Positions 16,111 to 24,862 of a stretch of DNA of 64,000 nt are shown one piece after another. Under the pieces are notes generated by a model that was not told the DNA's origin, did no database searches, and saw only the letters and a program-made list of their open reading frames with translations. Made by a program: the position numbers and the translations under genes. How positions within the stretch are numbered: position 1 is the stretch's first letter; each line of letters starts with the position of its first letter. Location of the stretch: contig JBMSAO010000037.1 in NCBI GenBank assembly GCA_049414425.1, positions 1,731 to 65,730 on the forward strand, read 5' to 3'. The stretch comes from Desulfurococcaceae archaeon. Its GTDB lineage: Archaea > Thermoproteota > Thermoprotei_A > Sulfolobales > Desulfurococcaceae.

Positions 16111-18052
16111 TGTCTGGTGGGAACCTGTAGTACTCCGGAAACCTGGCTACTCGCTCCAGCAATTCGCGGTCTCTGAGAGCAACGAGGAACTCTTTAACCA
16201 GAGTCTTCTCGAGCCTGTTCTTGGGTATTAAGAAATCGTATTCTTCCCACTTTAGTGGAATAAAGTCGAGGTCGTAGAGCTTAGCCGCGTAGCCCACAGC
16301 TATACCCACATCAGCTCTTTCCTGCTTAACAGATAATGCAACAGCGGTGTGAGTCTTAACCTCGTAAGTGTAGCCCTTAATGCTCTCTACTAGTTTACTC
16401 CACTCTAAGCCCCTCTCCTCCGCGTACTTCTTTAGAGTCGTGTCTAGAAATACCCTTATACCAGAGCCTTTAGTTCTATTCACTATTCTCACATCACTTC
16501 TCAAGAAGTCTTCTATGCTGTGAATATTCTTGGGATTACTCTTAGCCACTACTAGTCCAATAAGCCTCTCAAAGCCCCTGATTAGAACGGCTCTACCGCG
16601 AAGCCCATATTTCTCTAGAAACGGCGTGTTGTAGAGTCCAGTTGCTGGGTCTAGTAGGTGTGTTGGTGCAATATCAGCTTCATTTCTCGCTACAGCGCGC
16701 CACCCCCCTACACTCCCCACATTGAGAACTCTACTAGCGTAAATTAGCCCAGTGTACTTGAGAACGTCTTCTAGTAGCGGGTCATTACTACCTATAATTA
16801 CTAGTTTTACTCGCTGAACATTCCTAAACGGGTAGAAGGGAACAGGCGTGTCTTCCTCTACGACATCTAGGTCCTCGTGTAGCTCTATAAAGCCCTCACT
16901 GTAGACGAGAGAGTATATACTCCCACTACTCAGTGTTACAGGGTAGGTTGCAAACCCGCTCTCCGCCTCAACTAGTATAGCCGGAATTAACCAGGTCTTC
17001 CCCACACCCTTTCTAATAGTGAGCGGTAATTTCGCGTAGATCTTCTCTTCGCGCAGCCTCAGACCCGTGAGCCTAGCTATTAGTGGCTTAACTAGGCGTA
17101 CTAGTACCACGTAGCAGGAGAGTGGGAACCCGGGTAATCCTATTAACAGCTTACCGCTCTTGCTGAGGGCTATTACAGTGGGCTTTCCAGGCTTAGCCTT
17201 CAGTCCGTGCACTAGGATCTCGCCTAGATCTCCGAAGACTCTATACACAATATCGCTTACACCAGCACTGGTACCACCACTAGTCACTACAACGTCGTAC
17301 TCTTCAAGAGCTCTCAGCACAGCATTTCTCACAGTACTGTAGCTGTCTGGAAGCTTACCGAGAAAGACGGCGTCGGCTCCAATTTCCCTCAAATAGCTAG
17401 TTATGAGGTGCCCGTTAACGTCGTACACACACCCCTCTCTCAAGGGCTCACCGGGAGTGATCACTTCATTGCCGGTTGAGAATACAGCTACTTTTGGCTT
17501 AATGTAGACTGGCACCTCAGCTATACCCAGACCAGCTAGCAGGGCCACGTGCTCGTGCCTAATTAGCGTACCCTCTGGTAGTACGAGGTCTCCAGCCGAG
17601 ATGTCACTACCGGCGGTAGCCACGTTCTCGCCGGGGGCAAGGGGCCTGTAGATCTTTACACTAGAGCCCTCTCGCTCAGTGTACTCTTCCATTACTACTG
17701 CGTCGCACTCCCTCGGCATCATGGCTCCAGTAGAAATCCTCACAGCGCCTTCACGACACGTCGAGCTAGGGACCTCTCCCACTTCAACCTCACCTCTAAT
17801 ACTGAGAACTACTGGTGAGAGCTCACTAGCCCAGGAAACACTTGAACTCGTTACAGCGTAGCCGTCTACTTCAGACCTGTCAAATGGGGGGTAGTCTATG
17901 GGAGCGTAGATGTCACTAGCTAAAACCCTGTAGAGAGAGTCGAGAACCCTCACTCTCTCAACGCCTTTAGGAGAGAGTTTCGCGCTGTTTAACACGATCT
18001 CCAGTGCCTCTTCTACGCCGCGAAGTACGTGGAAGACTTTTTGCTGAGACAC
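16088..18052 (-). CDS. moeA: Molybdopterin molybdenumtransferase MoeA fused to a C-terminal periplasmic-binding-protein-like domain
   Basis: MoeA N-terminal, MoCF-binding (VVVTSGGTSAGVSD) and C-terminal domains, followed by ~230 aa with PBP/LysR-substrate-like alternating beta-alpha pattern. Confidence 0.75.
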   Translation of the reverse strand: MSQQKVFHVLRGVEEALEIVLNSAKLSPKGVERVRVLDSLYRVLASDIYAPIDYPPFDRSEVDGYAVTSSSVSWASELSPVVLSIRGEVEVGEVPSSTCREGAVRISTGAMMPRECDAVVMEEYTEREGSSVKIYRPLAPGENVATAGSDISAGDLVLPEGTLIRHEHVALLAGLGIAEVPVYIKPKVAVFSTGNEVITPGEPLREGCVYDVNGHLITSYLREIGADAVFLGKLPDSYSTVRNAVLRALEEYDVVVTSGGTSAGVSDIVYRVFGDLGEILVHGLKAKPGKPTVIALSKSGKLLIGLPGFPLSCYVVLVRLVKPLIARLTGLRLREEKIYAKLPLTIRKGVGKTWLIPAILVEAESGFATYPVTLSSGSIYSLVYSEGFIELHEDLDVVEEDTPVPFYPFRNVQRVKLVIIGSNDPLLEDVLKYTGLIYASRVLNVGSVGGWRAVARNEADIAPTHLLDPATGLYNTPFLEKYGLRGRAVLIRGFERLIGLVVAKSNPKNIHSIEDFLRSDVRIVNRTKGSGIRVFLDTTLKKYAEERGLEWSKLVESIKGYTYEVKTHTAVALSVKQERADVGIAVGYAAKLYDLDFIPLKWEEYDFLIPKNRLEKTLVKEFLVALRDRELLERVARFPEYYRFPPDIGRVKAE

Positions 18053-18101
18053 GGTTGCCCCCTCTTTAAAAGACCTCTAGTCTAGATATTTACTGTGTGA
18101 G

Positions 18102-20240
18102 TTGACTTTGAAAGTAGAAGAGCTGTTAAAGTACGGGCTCCCGCGAGTCTATATTGAAACGCTCATGGAGAGGGGTGTTCGCGAGCTAAACCCCGTTCAA
18201 GTAGAGGCCGTTAAGAGGGGTATTCTCAGTGGTAGTAACATAGTGATCTCAACTCCTACTGCTAGTGGCAAGACTCTAGTAGCTGAAATGCTCTTAGTTA
18301 AGAAGTCTCTAGAGGGTAAAGTAGGCGTTTACTTGACTCCTCTGAGAGCACTAGCTAGTGAGAAGTACCAGGAGTTCTCAAGACTAAGAGACCTGGGTTT
18401 AAGCGTGGGCATTAGTACGGGTGACTACGATCAGCCGGCTGAGTACCTCGGAGAGTACAATATCGTAGTGGCTACTTACGAGAGATTTGATAGTGTAATG
18501 AGGCAGAGACCCCTCTGGCTGAATAGAGTTGGAGTAGTCGTAGTAGACGAAATGCACAATATTAGTGACCCCGAAAGGGGGCCTATAATAGAGGCCATAG
18601 TAGCGAGGTCACTCAAGCGCGGTTTTCAAGTTCTAGGCCTCTCGGCGACTATTGGAAACCCCGAGTTAATGGCTAAGTGGGTGAGGGGTGAACTAGTGAG
18701 TACTAGCTGGAGGCCTGTTAGACTCGTTGAGGGCGTTCTCGACAGAAAGCGTAGTAGAATAGTGTTTCTAGACGGTAGAGAGGAGCCCGTTGACATTGAG
18801 GGCGACCCGGTACTAGACCTCTTAAAGCACAATTTAGAAATGAACATGCAGACACTAGTCTTTATCCACAACAGGAAGAAAGTTGAAGAACTCGCTGAGA
18901 TCTTTGCTCATAGTAGTGGCGCCTCAGCGGACTCGAGCTCTATAAGTAGCTTACTAGAGGAGCTGGAATCGGCGCCTACAAGGTTCGAGAGAGAACTAAT
19001 ACCAGAGCTTCTACGAAGAGGTGTCGGGTTTCACCACGCTGGGCTCTCACACATCTCGAGGAGAGTTATCGAGGAGGCCTTTAGGAGGAGAATTCTAAGA
19101 GTAGTCTTTGCCACCCCAACACTCGCAGCCGGCGTTAACTTGCCTGCTAGGAGAGTTCTCGTCTCAATTAAGAGGTATGATCCCAGTAGTGGTAGGCGCG
19201 TTAATATAAGTGTATCGGAGTACAAGCAAATGGCTGGTAGAGCGGGGAGGCCCCAGTACGATGATCTCGGCGAGGCTATTATAATTGACGCTCGCGACTT
19301 AAAAGAGGGGTTTAAGTACATAAACTCTCTCCCGGAGCCGGTACTCGGCAAAATGTTTACTGAAAGGAGTCTCAGAGTACACGTGCTCTCCAGTATTGTA
19401 TCAGGTGAGGCGAGAACTATTAGTGAGCTCGTAGAGCTCTTTAAGCACACTTTTTCAGCTCAGTACTGCGGGGACGTAGGGTTTCTCCGGCGTAGAGTAG
19501 AGGAGGCTGTCTCTGTGCTAGTAGAGTCCAATATGATTAGCACAGTGGGGGAGAAACTTGTACCCACGCTCCTGGGTAGAGTAACCTCGTACACGTACTT
19601 AGATCCTCTAACAGTAGTCCTCTACTCGAAGCTTAGACCGGGGAGTTACAGTGACTTCTACATTCTACACTTGATTGCACTCACACCTGATTTTAGGAGG
19701 AGTAGCGTCTACGTCTCGGAGAGAGTACTGTCTCGCTACGAGGACCTAGTCGAGATATTTAAGCACAAGACTCCCCCCACTAGTAGTGGCTTCTACGACT
19801 ACGACGAGTGGCTAGTAGGCCTCGTCTATGCTAGTGTTCTCTACGACTGGATTAACGAGAGGACAGAAGACGATATACTAGAGAGCTACATGATTGGCCC
19901 AGGCGACCTCTACAACATTAAGGACACGGCGAGCTGGATTATAAGTGCACTTGCAAAAGTAGAGAGAGTTCTTGGAAACTTAGAACTAGCCAAGAAGCTC
20001 TACACGCTCGCAGTGAGAGTAGAAAATGGTGTCAGAGAAGACGCGGTGGAGTTGGTCTCTCTCAGGTTTGTTGGCAGGGCGAGAGCGAGAATACTCATAC
20101 AGCACGGTATTAAAACTCTAAGAGACTTGGCGAAAACGCCTCGCAAGAAGCTCTTATCACTACCCACATTCGGTCCTCGAGTAGTCGACGAGATATACGC
20201 GCAGTTGAAAGAGCGAGGCTACATAGTCGAGGATAAGTAG
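18102..20240 (+). CDS. hel308: Hel308/Hjm Ski2-like DNA helicase
   Basis: Motif I TPTASGKT, motif II VVVDEMH, motif III SATIGN, motif VI QMAGRAGR. C-terminal HhH-like tail. 712 aa. Confidence 0.85.
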   Translation: MTLKVEELLKYGLPRVYIETLMERGVRELNPVQVEAVKRGILSGSNIVISTPTASGKTLVAEMLLVKKSLEGKVGVYLTPLRALASEKYQEFSRLRDLGLSVGISTGDYDQPAEYLGEYNIVVATYERFDSVMRQRPLWLNRVGVVVVDEMHNISDPERGPIIEAIVARSLKRGFQVLGLSATIGNPELMAKWVRGELVSTSWRPVRLVEGVLDRKRSRIVFLDGREEPVDIEGDPVLDLLKHNLEMNMQTLVFIHNRKKVEELAEIFAHSSGASADSSSISSLLEELESAPTRFERELIPELLRRGVGFHHAGLSHISRRVIEEAFRRRILRVVFATPTLAAGVNLPARRVLVSIKRYDPSSGRRVNISVSEYKQMAGRAGRPQYDDLGEAIIIDARDLKEGFKYINSLPEPVLGKMFTERSLRVHVLSSIVSGEARTISELVELFKHTFSAQYCGDVGFLRRRVEEAVSVLVESNMISTVGEKLVPTLLGRVTSYTYLDPLTVVLYSKLRPGSYSDFYILHLIALTPDFRRSSVYVSERVLSRYEDLVEIFKHKTPPTSSGFYDYDEWLVGLVYASVLYDWINERTEDDILESYMIGPGDLYNIKDTASWIISALAKVERVLGNLELAKKLYTLAVRVENGVREDAVELVSLRFVGRARARILIQHGIKTLRDLAKTPRKKLLSLPTFGPRVVDEIYAQLKERGYIVEDK

Positions 20241-20294
20241 CGCGGTGTTAAAGCTTTAAGTACCTAGTCTAGTGATATTAGTAGCGTGAAGAGA

Positions 20295-20368
20295 GCCGCC
20301 GTAGCTCAGCCTGGTGGAGCGTTGCCCTGGTAAGGCAGAGGTCCCGGGTTCGAATCCCGGCGGCGGCT
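20295..20368 (+). tRNA. tRNA-Thr (GGU)
   Basis: GCCGCCG/CGGCGGC acceptor, D arm GCTC-AGCCTGGTG-GAGC, anticodon stem TTGCC/GGCAG, loop CTGGTAA, T arm CCGGG-TTCGAAT-CCCGG, discriminator T. Confidence 0.9.
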
Positions 20369-20395
20369 CGTCTAGACTCTCACCGCACTACTGGT

Positions 20396-20944
20396 GTGCT
20401 TGTATTGTACATAGGTATAGCGGCTCACAGCGAGGAGCCGAGTGAGACCTTACTGGTAAAGGCGCGTAGATTTCTAGAAGAGCTCTCGCGTATGTGTGGT
20501 TCTACGTCTAGGCTAGTTGTTGGGGGCTACTGGGGACTAATGAAACACGTGGTAGAATGTGCCCTGGACCTGGGCTTTACAGTTATTATTCTCCCTCCTC
20601 TAGAACTAGAGCAAGTAGACTTCCCCGAGAAGGCAATAGTAGTCAAGACGGGCGTCTCGTTCCGCACTAGAAGCGTCTTCTTAGTTAGGACGTCAGATCT
20701 ACTAGTAGTTCTAGGCGGCGGGGCTGGCTGTCTTCAAGAACTAGTTACAGCCTACACTGAGAAGAAGCCCGTCTACGTCTTAGTGGACACTGGATACCCC
20801 ACAGATATTGTGAAGACCTGGCCCGAGCACCTCGACAACAGAGCCTTAGCGCCAGTAGTGAAAATCAGTGATCCAGTGGAGCTGGCTAAGAGAGTGTGCG
20901 AGTCTGGAAAACGGACTAGTATTAAGAGGGGGGTTGAGTACTAG
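20396..20944 (+). CDS. LOG/TIGR00725-like Rossmann-fold protein
   Basis: RLVVGGYWGLMKHVVECALDLGFTVIIL and LLVVLGGGAGCLQEL resemble the lysine-decarboxylase-like/LOG fold family. Confidence 0.5.
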   Translation: MLVLYIGIAAHSEEPSETLLVKARRFLEELSRMCGSTSRLVVGGYWGLMKHVVECALDLGFTVIILPPLELEQVDFPEKAIVVKTGVSFRTRSVFLVRTSDLLVVLGGGAGCLQELVTAYTEKKPVYVLVDTGYPTDIVKTWPEHLDNRALAPVVKISDPVELAKRVCESGKRTSIKRGVEY

Positions 20945-21345
20945 TCACTTAGTACTCGCTTTAATTTAATGCCATTTTCTCTACAGAACAAAATCACGTC
21001 TCCTGGAACCGCCACTCCCTTACCGTAAACTACTAGCACAGGGCGAGCTCTCAGTAATTTAGCCTTTTCGAGAAGCTTCTTCGCGACTTCACTTGTGAGA
21101 TTTTCAGTAACAACATCTATAGCTAGTACTATGCCGTGTTTTTTAGCAATAATGTGTACTGGGCCGTAGCGTGTAGGGTGAAACATTCTCACAGAGTACC
21201 CCGCAGTGACATATCTACTCGCAACGCACCCAAATACACCATACTTCTCAACGAGTTTACTAGCTAAATATGCTTGTCTAGCAGTAGCCATAGAGACGCA
21301 CCAATTTCTACGATAATGTAGTAGGGAAATTTTTAAGCAGTGCAA
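20941..21345 (-). CDS. Hypothetical protein
   Basis: ORF only. The likely true start is MATARQAYL. There is superficial similarity to small nuclease-fold proteins, but no catalytic motif is visible. Confidence 0.4.
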   Translation of the reverse strand: MHCLKISLLHYRRNWCVSMATARQAYLASKLVEKYGVFGCVASRYVTAGYSVRMFHPTRYGPVHIIAKKHGIVLAIDVVTENLTSEVAKKLLEKAKLLRARPVLVVYGKGVAVPGDVILFCRENGIKLKRVLSD

Positions 21346-21455
21346 AGGAGCCTCAATAATACTAACTTTGGCGCTTCTCGCTAACTAGAGTAGCTATGGG
21401 TCATTTTTATGTAAGTTGAGTGTGACTGTGAATAGCTATGTTTATGAGTGTAAAG

Positions 21456-21554
21456 GGCCCGGGCCGGGATTTGAACCCGGGACCTCCGGGTACCCGCCCC
21501 CATCATCTCGGGGGTCCACAGCCCGGCGCTCTACCAGGCTGAGCTACCCGCGCC
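21456..21554 (-). tRNA. tRNA-His (GUG) with 24-nt intron and encoded G-1
   Basis: Reverse complement: G(-1)GCGCGGG, D arm GCTC-AGCCTGGTA-GAGC, anticodon stem CCGGG/CCCGG, loop CTGTGG[intron 21492-21515]A, T arm CCGGG-TTCAAAT-CCCGG, 3' acceptor CCCGGGC, discriminator C. Confidence 0.85.
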
Positions 21555-21653
21555 ACTCCTACTACCTGCTCGTGGCCTAGGCTCCACACGATCTGCGGTT
21601 CGGGCCCTTCTCTCCAGGGGAGTATTAGTGTTAAGGGTATTAAAGGTTTAATT

Positions 21654-21923
21654 GTGAATGAAGAGTGGGATGCTACTATGTCTTCGAGTAGTAAGCCTAG
21701 AGAGATATACTTACCTATTCACGCGCTGTCTTCGTGTAGTGAAAGGAGTGAGTGCCCCTATTTTGAGGTTATTGAGTACGGTAGAGAGCCGGAAGTCGTC
21801 TGTATTGCTTACTGCAAAGTAACGGAGAGGTACTTGACCCGCTCAGCTGTTAAGAAGTGCATTGCCTACTGGTCTACTTGCCCATTTAAGCAGTACGCTG
21901 ATCACCAGTTGACCTCGCAGTGA
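21654..21923 (+). CDS. Hypothetical small Cys-rich protein
   Basis: ORF with 6 Cys (CSERSECPYF, CIAYC, CIAYWSTCPF). No family recognised. Confidence 0.4.
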   Translation: MNEEWDATMSSSSKPREIYLPIHALSSCSERSECPYFEVIEYGREPEVVCIAYCKVTERYLTRSAVKKCIAYWSTCPFKQYADHQLTSQ

Positions 21924-22125
21924 AAACTCTGAGGCGGCCAATTCTCCTCTCTACTACAAAACCACGCGACACGAGGTTTTCAAGCACTCTAACAAGCACG
22001 TAGTAGTTTAAATTCGTCTTTCTCCTCAGCGCGCTAATATTAGCCCCGCCTAGCTCTCTCAGAGCACTTAGTACTAGTTTTTCGCGGTCTTCGTTTCTAC
22101 GCTTCAAGCTTTCTTCTCCTCTCAA
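21886..22125 (-). CDS. Small winged-helix DNA-binding protein
   Basis: LSALRELGGANISALRRKTNLNYYVLVRVLENLVSRGFVVERR. Overlaps the orc1/cdc6 3' end by 29 nt. Confidence 0.5.
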   Translation of the reverse strand: MRGEESLKRRNEDREKLVLSALRELGGANISALRRKTNLNYYVLVRVLENLVSRGFVVERRIGRLRVFTARSTGDQRTA

Positions 22126-23359
22126 TTAGTTCTAGTACTAGTTTCTCCAGAGAGTCGAGAGGGCCGTAGTGTATAGTGATCATTGTCGTCCTCCCTCGCT
22201 GACCCCTACCACTTGGGTAGGCGTGTATGATATTGGCTTTAGAGAGCGTCTGAATGTACTCATATAGTTGAGTGTGCTTTCGGGGGACTTCTCCGTAGAA
22301 GTCGCAAATAGTCCTATAATCGACCTCCACTTCTCCCATTCTGACTTCTCTCCTCCCCGTGCGTCTCAGTAGCTTAACAATACTCAGTAAGACGAGGAGC
22401 TCGTGTAGTGTCAAGGCGTTCAGAGCCTCGCTTACATTTACGAGCTCGCGCGAAAGACTTGTAATAGCCCTCCTCACGTGTTCTAGAGTAATCCTCTTAG
22501 CCCCCTCTCTCTCAGCGATGTCACCTGCTAGTAGTAGTATTTCCAAAGCGTGTCTAGCGTTACCCCCTCCACCCATGTCAACGCCTTCATAGCTCGCTAT
22601 GAACTTTAAGACCTCATCGTCACACGTCCCTTCGTAGAGAGAGATCTCAGCTCTGTATTTCAGTATATCGTACAGTTGCTGCGAAGTGTAAGGCTCTAGT
22701 TTAATAAAGTGTCTCAGCAGGTAGCCCTCAGTCGCCGGGTCGAGAAAAGCGAGTTTAGAGGTGTCGCTAGCTATGAATATGAAGTTTACGTGTTTAGCCC
22801 CCTCAAACGCGTCATATGTCCTAGTCAAGAAGTACACGGCGTCATTGCCCGCGACGCTGGCGAAGTAGTGAAACTCGTCGAGTGCCACTACGACGTAGAG
22901 TCCCAGCTCGCTGAGATATGAGAGTAGGGCATCGTACATCTCTTTAGCTGAGAGTCCGCGCGGTGGTAGCGGTATAGCTAACTGCATGGATACATCGTAG
23001 ATGACGTTAAAGAGTGTTCTACTCCTGTGGCAGTTTACGTGCACGTAGGCTACATTATACCCCTTCTCTCTCGCAAACCTAGTAAAGCTCCTACCAAATA
23101 GCCTTGAGAGAGCGGTCTTGCCCGTTCCAACCCCCCCGACAATTAGTACTCTCTGAGAGATTACTCCTGGATTGGTAACTAGGTGTTTAAAGTACGAGAC
23201 GAGAGTTCTCAACTCGTTTTCGCGGTGAGGTAGTTTATCTGGCAAGTGTTCTGGTGAGAGGCTCTCTCTGCTCTTAAATATAGAGGGCTTACCGAGCTCT
23301 TCCTCAACTATTCTCCACGCGTCTATAGACACGCTGAAAACACCAACACTTTCACTCAA
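22097..23359 (-). CDS. cdc6: Orc1/Cdc6 replication initiator (paralog 1)
   Basis: LPHRENELRTL, Walker A GGVGTGKTA, Walker B VVALDEFH, GNARHALEILL, C-terminal winged helix. Confidence 0.9.
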   Translation of the reverse strand: MSESVGVFSVSIDAWRIVEEELGKPSIFKSRESLSPEHLPDKLPHRENELRTLVSYFKHLVTNPGVISQRVLIVGGVGTGKTALSRLFGRSFTRFAREKGYNVAYVHVNCHRSRTLFNVIYDVSMQLAIPLPPRGLSAKEMYDALLSYLSELGLYVVVALDEFHYFASVAGNDAVYFLTRTYDAFEGAKHVNFIFIASDTSKLAFLDPATEGYLLRHFIKLEPYTSQQLYDILKYRAEISLYEGTCDDEVLKFIASYEGVDMGGGGNARHALEILLLAGDIAEREGAKRITLEHVRRAITSLSRELVNVSEALNALTLHELLVLLSIVKLLRRTGRREVRMGEVEVDYRTICDFYGEVPRKHTQLYEYIQTLSKANIIHAYPSGRGQRGRTTMITIHYGPLDSLEKLVLELIERRRKLEA

Positions 23360-23892
23360 CTATTCATAGTAGATGCTTTAAAAACCGGCTTACAGGAGCC
23401 AACTCCCAGGTAAACAGTACTCTCAATCATCTCCAGGAAGAGGCAGAGAGGACTCTTACTCGAAGTAGTAATACCGCGTTCTCTCAGTACTTGAAGTACT
23501 AGTTTGTAGACCTCGTTACTCACACCTCTCACTCCTCTTGCTCGCACCTTTACTTTTACTTCACTGCCCTCTCTGAGAAGCCTAGTGAGGCACTCTTCTA
23601 GAAAAGGTCGTGTTACCGGTAATGTGCTCGTGCAGTGTATGGGGACAATTAACTCCACGAAGCCGTACTCCCTAAAACTAGTAGCGCGGTAGGCGGTACT
23701 CACGTCTAGAACGCTGTATACTAGTAAGACGCCTGGGAAGCGGGTTTTTTCAACTCTGACGCAGGGGTCTTTAATAAACAAGACGTTTCCCACTTCGTGC
23801 TCGCAGAGATCACTACTACTCCTACACGTAACCAGCAACACGGGTCTGCCGGGCTCTGAGCATTCAGCGGCTTCCATGTAAGCGCTCGCCAC
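23356..23892 (-). CDS. THUMP-domain-like RNA-binding protein
   Basis: The pattern VLLVTC...E.EVGNVL...GVLLVYS...VKVRARGVRGVSNEVYKLV...LFLEMIESTVYLGV resembles COG1818-type THUMP proteins. Confidence 0.45.
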   Translation of the reverse strand: MASAYMEAAECSEPGRPVLLVTCRSSSDLCEHEVGNVLFIKDPCVRVEKTRFPGVLLVYSVLDVSTAYRATSFREYGFVELIVPIHCTSTLPVTRPFLEECLTRLLREGSEVKVKVRARGVRGVSNEVYKLVLQVLRERGITTSSKSPLCLFLEMIESTVYLGVGSCKPVFKASTMNS

Positions 23893-23978
23893 CTCCGCAC
23901 GTATTTAGAGGGTTTCGGTTAATAGCTGAAAATGCTCACTCTACTATAACCTAGAGACGACTACTAGCGGTGGTGTGA

Positions 23979-24776
23979 GTGGATAGTTGTAGAGTGTTTA
24001 GAAAAATCGTTGAAGACGCGGGGAATTTACTTAGAGAGTACTACGGAATTGACTACTATGTTGAAGTTGTTGGTAAGGGGGCTTTTGGCGACGTCTCGAG
24101 GAGAATCGACTTGTTAGTTGAGGACTATATAGTAGACCAAGTTGCCAGCGCGGGTTTTAAGGCGTGGGTTTTAGCGGAGGAGAGGGGGCTTAGAAAGCTC
24201 GTAGATAAGCCCGAGTACGTGGTCGTTGTAGACCCGCTCGACGGGAGTTTAAACTACACTCTGAGAATACCATTTTTCGCCGTCTCGCTGGCTGTTTACC
24301 CGGCTCACGTAGGAGACGTAACTAGAGCTCTCTATGGAAATCTAACTGGCGTGTTCACGGGCGAGGTAATTGAGTACTGTAATGAAAGAGTATACTATAA
24401 TAGAGTAGAAGTGCAGAGCCGTCTGAACAAGGGACTGGAGGTTTTATCCATATATAGTGAAGACCCTAGTGTTCTCCAGGTCGTGATGGAGGCCTTTACT
24501 AGAGCTGGTTTGAAGTTGAAGACGAGGACCATGGGGGCGGCCTCGCTGGAGGCCTCATACGCGGCACTGGGCTTTATTGGGCAATTCGCGCACTTGACAG
24601 GTAGAGTGCGCAACGTAGACCTAGCGGTCGCTCTCACTATAGCACGTGTACTCGGTGCCTACACGTACACTCAACCCCCTCTGAGCCAAATCAGCACTAC
24701 GGAATTACAGGCAATAGACAAAGTCGTAGTAGCAAGTCCTCAGAGCCCCCTGCTGAGTGTTCTAGATAGGATATAA
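23979..24776 (+). CDS. suhB: Inositol monophosphatase/FBPase-family phosphatase
   Basis: EERG..., VVVDPLDGSLNY metal-binding motif. 265 aa. Confidence 0.75.
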   Translation: MDSCRVFRKIVEDAGNLLREYYGIDYYVEVVGKGAFGDVSRRIDLLVEDYIVDQVASAGFKAWVLAEERGLRKLVDKPEYVVVVDPLDGSLNYTLRIPFFAVSLAVYPAHVGDVTRALYGNLTGVFTGEVIEYCNERVYYNRVEVQSRLNKGLEVLSIYSEDPSVLQVVMEAFTRAGLKLKTRTMGAASLEASYAALGFIGQFAHLTGRVRNVDLAVALTIARVLGAYTYTQPPLSQISTTELQAIDKVVVASPQSPLLSVLDRI

Positions 24777-24805
24777 CACATAGAAATAGTGCGAAAAGTA
24801 TAGTG

Positions 24806-24855
24806 TAAAAAGTGGTTTAAACAGTGTGAGCGGAAAGAGCGAGTATGTGGGAAAA
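24806..24855 (-). terminator. Oligo-T tracts downstream of pepQ (minus strand)
   Basis: The minus-strand transcript would carry successive U4, U3, U5 and U4 tracts. The plus strand here is almost C-free and purine-rich. Confidence 0.3.
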
Positions 24856-24862
24856 GTAGAGG

